A DNA stretch of 53,843 nt from Terrimicrobiaceae bacterium (GTDB lineage Bacteria; Verrucomicrobiota; Verrucomicrobiia; Chthoniobacterales; Terrimicrobiaceae): assembly GCA_041752695.1 (NCBI GenBank), contig JBGSVZ010000064.1, positions 1 to 53,843 on the forward strand, written 5' to 3'. Positions 47,731-53,843 of this stretch are shown piece after piece (the first letter of the stretch is position 1; every line of letters starts with the position of its first letter). A program made the translations under genes and the position numbers. The notes under the pieces were generated by a model. The model was not told the origin of the DNA, did no database searches, and was given only the letters and a program-made list of their open reading frames with translations.

Positions 47731-49686
47731 TCATTTTGCGCCCTTGGCGATGAGGGCCGTCTCGATGGTGTCGAGGCGATCGGTGACCCGGCTGCCGGAT
47801 TGCACCTTTTCCCGTGCGGCACGGGCCCTGTCGAGCAGGGCCTGCGCGGCCGCCGGAGTAGTCACCTTGGGCAGGCCCGTTTCCAGGGGCTGGAGCAGGG
47901 AATAATCATCCGCATAAACCTTGGCCAGGGGCTTGAGGCTTTCGATCCACTTGTTTGGCTCGGCCACCCGGCAACGCGCAAAAGTGCGGAGAATCGCCCC
48001 GCCTTCGGAGACTTTGTCGTTCTCCCAATTATGCATGCCGAAGCAGAGCAGCCCGAACGCTTCAAAGTTCTGGTTGGAATACAAATTCACGATGGCCGCC
48101 GGAAGAACCACGTCGGGCTTGGACAATTCTTTGCCCGCGGCGACGAAGAAATTCGCTTCCGGCAGATCCTTGGCGTCCATCGAGAAGATGCCCCCTTTTT
48201 CAATCGCGGCGAAAGTCTCGGCCGCTTTTTCCCGGTCGCCGAGCATGATGGAGGCCAGGCCCTCGTTCATCATCGCCCAGTTTTTCAGCGGCTGTTTGAT
48301 CCCCGGACTGGTCCGCAGGTTGTGAAACTCGGTCCGTGCTTCCTCGAACTGGCGGTTAACCTGCAACTCGAGCGCGTTTTTGAACATCGCCTGCAGCTCG
48401 GCTTCCGAATACATCGCAGCTGTTGCCTGAGCCGCCTTGACCACCTGCTCGGGAAAAATTTTGTCCCGGAAAAGGTAAACCAGCGCCGCGATGCCCACGA
48501 TGGCCACGAGGAGGACGAGGCTGAGGATCGCGGTGAGATTTTTCGTTTCGCGGGTTTCCATCACCACGCGGGCCTTGGGCTGATGGGGCCGCTGGGCACG
48601 TTCGAGGAGTTTGTTGCGCGCGTAGGTGAGATGCTCGATCAGCTCGGCGTACGATTCGTAGCGGTCGTCGGGATTTTTCGCCAGCATCCGATTCACCACG
48701 TAGGCCGTCTCGCTGGAAATGTCGGGAGCGAAGGCCTGCAGGCTCACCGGCTGGCTCTTGAGCTGTTTGAGCGCGACCATGGAAGCCGTCTCGGCCTCAT
48801 AGGGAGGACGGCCCGCCAGGGCATGAAAAAGCGTGCCGCCGAGGCTGTAGATGTCGCTGCGGTAGTCCTCGGGCTGATTATCGAGTTTTTCCGGCGCGAT
48901 GTAATATGGCGTGCCCCAGATCTCGCCCTTGGCCTGCGCAGCCTGGTCCGCCACGATGGCCAGTCCGAAATCCACCAGCTTCGACGTGTGGGCATCGACG
49001 AACAAAATGTTACCCGGCTTGATGTCGCGATGGATGAGTTCCCTTTCGAACCCAGCTTCCAAGCCCTGCGCGATCTGAATCGCCACCTCCAGCATCTGGG
49101 CCTCGCCAACCCGGCGCTGAATGTTCATCAGGTGGTCGAGCGAGCCTTTTTCCACCAACTCCATCGCGAGATAAAATTGCCCGTGGTCCTCTCCGAACGA
49201 AAAAACTTTCACCACATGAGGGTGATTGATGGACGCAGTCACCCGGGCCTCTTCCTCAAGCTGGGCCTGAGCCTCGGCGTCGGCACTCATCTCGCGCTTC
49301 AGGACCTTCAGCGCCACGTTGCGGTTCAGATTGCAATCCACCGCCTTGAACACCACACCCATGCCGCCTTCACCAAGAATTCCCGTGAGGCGGAAATTTT
49401 TGAACTGCTTGCGTGCCCTGAGCCGCTGACCACAGCTCGGGCAGTGAATTTCCGCAAAAGGGGGCTGAAGAGTGACGTCCATCAGCGTCGCACAGGATGG
49501 ACAGGCCTCGAGCAACTGCCCGGCGACACCCGCCGCCTGGGCGCGTTCTTCAGAGACCGGGACGGTTTCCATCGGCTCGGGAAGCGGTTCCTCTACCGTG
49601 GCTACGGCCGTTTCTTCGACAGTTTCTTCGGCAGGGGCGTCCTCCGCCTCATTTTCGGGCTGGTCGGCGCTTTTGTCGTCTAGCAT
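47731..49686 (-). CDS. Hanks-type Ser/Thr protein kinase, transmembrane, with N-terminal zinc ribbon
   Basis: CPSC..CPSC; GEGGMGVV, VALK, HRDIKPGN, DFG, GTPYYIAPE, SDIYSLG; TM helix; helical C-terminal domain. Confidence 0.93.
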   Translation of the reverse strand: MLDDKSADQPENEAEDAPAEETVEETAVATVEEPLPEPMETVPVSEERAQAAGVAGQLLEACPSCATLMDVTLQPPFAEIHCPSCGQRLRARKQFKNFRLTGILGEGGMGVVFKAVDCNLNRNVALKVLKREMSADAEAQAQLEEEARVTASINHPHVVKVFSFGEDHGQFYLAMELVEKGSLDHLMNIQRRVGEAQMLEVAIQIAQGLEAGFERELIHRDIKPGNILFVDAHTSKLVDFGLAIVADQAAQAKGEIWGTPYYIAPEKLDNQPEDYRSDIYSLGGTLFHALAGRPPYEAETASMVALKQLKSQPVSLQAFAPDISSETAYVVNRMLAKNPDDRYESYAELIEHLTYARNKLLERAQRPHQPKARVVMETRETKNLTAILSLVLLVAIVGIAALVYLFRDKIFPEQVVKAAQATAAMYSEAELQAMFKNALELQVNRQFEEARTEFHNLRTSPGIKQPLKNWAMMNEGLASIMLGDREKAAETFAAIEKGGIFSMDAKDLPEANFFVAAGKELSKPDVVLPAAIVNLYSNQNFEAFGLLCFGMHNWENDKVSEGGAILRTFARCRVAEPNKWIESLKPLAKVYADDYSLLQPLETGLPKVTTPAAAQALLDRARAAREKVQSGSRVTDRLDTIETALIAKGAK

Positions 49687-49755
49687 GGTTAAGGGGGGGA
49701 AGTGGTTCCGAGTTCCCTAACAGTTTTATGATTCTGCCGCAAAGAAAAACCCGCC

Positions 49756-50646
49756 ATGCCCGTTGAGCAAACCTTCGTGGTTGAACACGATACGCCGAAA
49801 GAACGGCTCGACCGCTACCTCGCGGCCCGCCTGCCTGAGCACTCCCGATCCCACATTCAGGCCGTCATTCGCAATGGCGGCGTGCAGCACAATGGTGCCC
49901 CAGCCAAATCCGCCGAACCCGTTCGCCCTGGCGATACGATTTCCTGGCAGGAGCCTGACGTGAAACCCTGCACCACCGCGCAGGCCGAGGACATCGCCCT
50001 CGACATCCTCTTTGAAGACGATGCCCTCATCGTCCTGCACAAACCCGCCGGCATGGTTGTCCACCCCGGAGCGGGCAATGCCGACGGCACCCTCGTTTCC
50101 GCCCTCCTCCACCACTGCGGCCACCTCTCGCAGATCGGCGGCGTGGAACGCCCTGGCATCGTCCACCGCCTCGACAAGGAAACCAGCGGCTGCCTCGTTG
50201 TGGCCAAAAATGACCTTGCCCACCGTTCCCTCGCCGAACAGTTCGCCAGCCGCGAAGTCAAAAAAACCTACCTCGCCCTCGTCGGGGGCGCGCCGCGCTA
50301 TCGCTCCGGCACGGTCGATGCCCCCATCGCGCGCCACCGCGTCCACCGGCAAAAAATGAACGTCTCCGAACCCGGCGACGGGCGCGACGCCACCACCGAC
50401 TACTGTGTCCTTTCCAGCGCCAACGGCCGCACTCTCATCGAGTGCAAACCCCGCACCGGCCGCACCCACCAGATCCGCGTGCACCTCCGCCACCTCGGGT
50501 GCCCGATCCTCGGCGACCCCCTTTACGGCAAACGCGGCGCCTTCACCCGACACATGCTTCACGCGTGGAAACTCGAATTCCGCCACCCCGTCACCGGCAA
50601 AACCGTGACCTTCACGGCGCCACCGCCAGCGGAATTTACGGTTTAA
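49756..50646 (+). CDS. rluD: RluA/RluD-family pseudouridine synthase with S4 domain
   Basis: RLDRYL, KPAGMVVHP, VHRLDKETSG, TGRTHQIRVH, GDPLYG, LHA. Confidence 0.88.
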   Translation: MPVEQTFVVEHDTPKERLDRYLAARLPEHSRSHIQAVIRNGGVQHNGAPAKSAEPVRPGDTISWQEPDVKPCTTAQAEDIALDILFEDDALIVLHKPAGMVVHPGAGNADGTLVSALLHHCGHLSQIGGVERPGIVHRLDKETSGCLVVAKNDLAHRSLAEQFASREVKKTYLALVGGAPRYRSGTVDAPIARHRVHRQKMNVSEPGDGRDATTDYCVLSSANGRTLIECKPRTGRTHQIRVHLRHLGCPILGDPLYGKRGAFTRHMLHAWKLEFRHPVTGKTVTFTAPPPAEFTV

Positions 50647-50683
50647 GTTTTTTAGTTTTCGGGCCAGATTCCCACCGCTTCCT

Positions 50684-52189
50684 GTGATCCCTCGCGTACT
50701 CTTATTCATTCTTCTTCTTCCGTTCGCCACGGCCGGCGCGGCGGAAACGCTCGACCTTACCCTGCAGAAGGCGGTCCAGATGGCGCTCGCCCGCAACTTC
50801 CGCATCAAGGTGGAGGAGTTTTCCCCGAAGATCGCCAAGGCCCAGCAGAAAAGCGCCTCCGGCCGCTTCGATCCCCGTCTCGAGGCATCCTACACCTACG
50901 ACGAAAACCAGACGGAACTCCGCACCCTCAACACGGATATCGATGCGCCCACCGTCGTCCCGGGCGATCCCACCCCCGACCTCTTCGCCCGGCAGACCGG
51001 CCAGGAAATTGACACCGCCATCACCGGCCTCCTGCCCTGGGGCATGACCTACGACATCGGCCCTTCGCTCAGCATCGACACGGACAGTCAGCGTGACCCC
51101 GCCTTCACCCGCTACAACAGTTTTTTCGGGCTGTCCCTCGCCCAGCCCTTGCTGAAAAATTTCGGCACCGACGTCAACCTTGCGGACATCCGGATCGCCC
51201 GCGCCGACCGCGCCATTTCGCAATGGCAACTTCGCCAGCAAGTCATGGATGTCGTCACGGAGACCATTTCCACCTACGCCGAATTGTATTTTTCGCTGGA
51301 TAATCTCGACGTCGAACGCCGTTCGCGCGACCTCGCCGGTCAACTCGTCTCCGACAACGTCAAACGCGTCGAGATCGGCGTGATGGCTCCGCTCGACATC
51401 ACCCAGGCCCGCTCGGATTTCGCGTCCCGCGAGGAACGCGTCCTCGTCGCCGAACGCGCGGTGGCGGACAACGAAAATTTTCTCAAGCAACTCGTCACCG
51501 ACGAAATTGCCAACCTCCTCGAGACCCGCCTGCACATCGTCGAGCCCACTTTGCCCGAGACGAAAATCAATCGCCGCGCCGACTATTCGCGGGCCTTCGA
51601 ATTGCGCCCCGACTACCGCCAGGCCCTCCTCAACATCCAGAAAAGCCAGATCACTGTCATTTTTACCCGCAACCAGGCCCTGCCCCGCCTGGACCTCGTC
51701 GGCAGCCTCGGGATCAACGGCATCGACACCGATCTCGCAGGCAGTTTCAGCCGCGTCTCCGGTAACGAGAACAACAATCTCGCCTGGAACGCCGGCGCAA
51801 TTTTCAGCGTTCCCATCCCCAACCGCACCGGCGTGGGGAATCTCGAAGTTTCCAAATTCCAGGCGCTGCAAGCCCTCGTGGATCTCAAGCGCCTCGAGCA
51901 GGCCATCCTCGTCGAAGCCGACAACGCCGCCGGTCAGATCGACACCACCCGCAAGCGCATCGAAGCCGCCCGCGTCGCCCGGGAGTTTGCCGCTCAGACG
52001 CTGGAAGCCGCCCAGGGCCGTCTGGCCAGCGGAACCAGCACCACGTTTGAAGTTCTCCAATTCCAGCGCGACCTCGCCACCGCGGAAGCCAGCGAGTTCC
52101 GCGCCAAGGCCGATCACATCCAGGCCGTGGCCCGCTACGCCCGCCTCACCGGGTCAACGTTGGAACGGAACCGGATCATTCTGGAATAG
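50684..52189 (+). CDS. TolC-family outer membrane protein
   Basis: Signal peptide, LTLQKAVQMALARN, RPDY, LPRLDL, two OEP repeats. Confidence 0.88.
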   Translation: MIPRVLLFILLLPFATAGAAETLDLTLQKAVQMALARNFRIKVEEFSPKIAKAQQKSASGRFDPRLEASYTYDENQTELRTLNTDIDAPTVVPGDPTPDLFARQTGQEIDTAITGLLPWGMTYDIGPSLSIDTDSQRDPAFTRYNSFFGLSLAQPLLKNFGTDVNLADIRIARADRAISQWQLRQQVMDVVTETISTYAELYFSLDNLDVERRSRDLAGQLVSDNVKRVEIGVMAPLDITQARSDFASREERVLVAERAVADNENFLKQLVTDEIANLLETRLHIVEPTLPETKINRRADYSRAFELRPDYRQALLNIQKSQITVIFTRNQALPRLDLVGSLGINGIDTDLAGSFSRVSGNENNNLAWNAGAIFSVPIPNRTGVGNLEVSKFQALQALVDLKRLEQAILVEADNAAGQIDTTRKRIEAARVAREFAAQTLEAAQGRLASGTSTTFEVLQFQRDLATAEASEFRAKADHIQAVARYARLTGSTLERNRIILE

Positions 52190-52258
52190 GCGGTCGCTCA
52201 CGGACCCTCAGGCGTGCTTTACAGCGGAGTCGTGCCCTGTTTTGATCCGCCCGTTTTC

Positions 52259-53701
52259 ATGGCCGCCGCCACTTTTGACCCGTCCTTCTCCGCCACGCGC
52301 ATGCTGGCATGGCTGGAATCTCGGCGGTGGAAAGTGCTCGGTTTTACCTTGCCCCTGGTTCTGCTGCTCCATCTGGCCTTCGCCTCGATCACCATCCAGA
52401 GATCCAATCTGGACTGGCGTCCTTCCGATCAACTGGCAGAAAACTATCTGGCAGCGGCGGCACGAAGGGACCCCCTGCCCGCGCGCTCGGACGGTGTGCG
52501 GCATCCACTCTGGTCGTGGACCGTGGGGCACTTCTATCACGAAGATTTTCAGAAGACCTTTTTCCTCCGGGGAAAATGGCTGAACACCACACTTTGCCTG
52601 CTTTTTCTCTGCGGCCTGGGCATTGGCGTCACCCGTTGGCTGGATCCTCTGGCCACGGTTAATCTTCTTCTTCTCGCCAGCCTCGGGATTTTCCTCATTC
52701 GGGGCACGTATTTTCAGCCCGAGCCGCTCTACTACATTTTCTTTTTCCTCTCCGGCTTGCTCGCCTTTCGCATTCTGCGCGGCGCCGGACGATGGCAATT
52801 TGCGGGTTTTGGCGTCGCCTCCGGGCTGGCCTACCTGGCCAAACCGTCGATGCTCCCCTTTCTCGTCGCGTTTGCAGCGGCCTTCGCTCTGCGGCTCGTT
52901 CTGGCTCTCTGGTTCAACGACATCGCGTGGCACCCTTGGCGCAGCCTCGTTTGGGTCGCTGTCTCTGGAGCGATTTTTGCGGCCATGATCCTGCCTCTCG
53001 CCCTGTACACGGCGGAACATTTCGGCAAACCGCTCTTCAACTACACCCAGCACTGGATGTGGATGGATGACTTCGAAACGGAAGCCTACCCCTTCCAAAC
53101 CACTTATCGCGGCGGGTGGGATCTGGCGGCCATTCCGCCGGAGGATCTTCCCGGGCCCGCCTGGTACTTCCGCCGGCATACCTTGGCGGATGCTTTGCAA
53201 CGGGGGATCAACGGTGCCCGCGAAGTGGTGATCCACTTCTTCCTGCCGGAAAAAAAACTGCGCGGGCAGGCATTTTTCTGGCGCACGTCCCCCAAGAACT
53301 GGCGTCAGCCCCTGGCCCACCGGGGAATTTACCTTCTTGTGCTAACCGCGCTCTGCATCACCCTGGCCTGGCCGGTGCGAAAGGCGCTTTGGCAGAGAAG
53401 GCATCGGCCAGGAGCGACTTGCTGCGGCGTGCTCGCGCTGGTGGCTGCCGCGCTTTATATTGGGCTATACGGCTGGTACTATCCCGTGGGAAAAGGGGAC
53501 CGTTTCATGGGGAGTCTTTGGGTTCCCGCCATCTTTCTCACCTTCTGGGCGGCCTCACTCCTGCGGCGGATGGACGGACCACCCTGGCGGACCGTCGTAT
53601 ATCTGGGAGTTCAGATCCTGGTCTTCTGCTCGCTCCTCCTTCAGATCTCCTGCATCGCCTGGCTTTTCAGTCGGGGGTATTTCCTCGTCACACAGAACTG
53701 A
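52259..53701 (+). CDS. Polytopic membrane protein, GT-C (ArnT/PMT-like) glycosyltransferase candidate
   Basis: Many TM helices, acidic residue in first loop (PSDQ), RHPLW, QPEPLYY, GLAYLAKPS; start ATG 52259 assumed. Confidence 0.6.
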   Translation: MAAATFDPSFSATRMLAWLESRRWKVLGFTLPLVLLLHLAFASITIQRSNLDWRPSDQLAENYLAAAARRDPLPARSDGVRHPLWSWTVGHFYHEDFQKTFFLRGKWLNTTLCLLFLCGLGIGVTRWLDPLATVNLLLLASLGIFLIRGTYFQPEPLYYIFFFLSGLLAFRILRGAGRWQFAGFGVASGLAYLAKPSMLPFLVAFAAAFALRLVLALWFNDIAWHPWRSLVWVAVSGAIFAAMILPLALYTAEHFGKPLFNYTQHWMWMDDFETEAYPFQTTYRGGWDLAAIPPEDLPGPAWYFRRHTLADALQRGINGAREVVIHFFLPEKKLRGQAFFWRTSPKNWRQPLAHRGIYLLVLTALCITLAWPVRKALWQRRHRPGATCCGVLALVAAALYIGLYGWYYPVGKGDRFMGSLWVPAIFLTFWAASLLRRMDGPPWRTVVYLGVQILVFCSLLLQISCIAWLFSRGYFLVTQN

Positions 53702-53843
53702 AGCAGCAATTCTCATTTTGGCTACGGGGGAACGAGTTGAGGGGACTTAGGTCTGTAGAGGATTCATCCCTCTGGTGCGACCACAGGCGGAAGTTTTTTT
53801 GCTTTGGACGGATTCGGGCCATGCACAGCCCTCCCGTGATCGA

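Overview
GC-rich chromosomal window, most likely from a verrucomicrobium (inferred from the murC-murB fusion, the LysM gene inside the dcw cluster and an H-X9-DG/prepilin-like protein). 1-14.7 kb (minus strand) is a division and cell wall operon: mraZ, rsmH, ftsL-like, ftsI, murE, murF, mraY, murD, LysM gene, ftsW, murG, murC-murB fusion and a truncated ddl, with MraZ-type GTGG boxes at its promoter. Next come several single genes, bamA-skp-lpxD, a HAD hydrolase, uxaC, and a C39-like protein / MGDG-synthase-like GT28 / GH1 cluster. The middle holds CBS-DRTGG pyrophosphatase, threonine aldolase, apt, pfkA, an S11 carboxypeptidase, an H-X9-DG protein with a degenerate 5'-nucleotidase-like lipoprotein, thermonuclease, an FmdB-like protein, rarD, redox enzymes, rlmH, lipA and recR. 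It ends with a Ser/Thr kinase / atypical ClpX / degenerate cyclase run, an RluA-family gene, an orphan TolC and a GT-C-like membrane protein. No rRNA, tRNA, CRISPR array or intact transposase was seen. Best leads: (1) the GT28+GH1 pair as a possible SFR2-like glycolipid remodelling system; (2) the kinase / ClpX-like / pseudo-cyclase module; (3) nonamer-repeat inverted-repeat elements, one adjoining a decayed two-gene cassette; (4) a recurrent leaderless-promoter signature; (5) a structured mraZ-rsmH spacer. All assignments are from motif recognition by eye; no database search was run.
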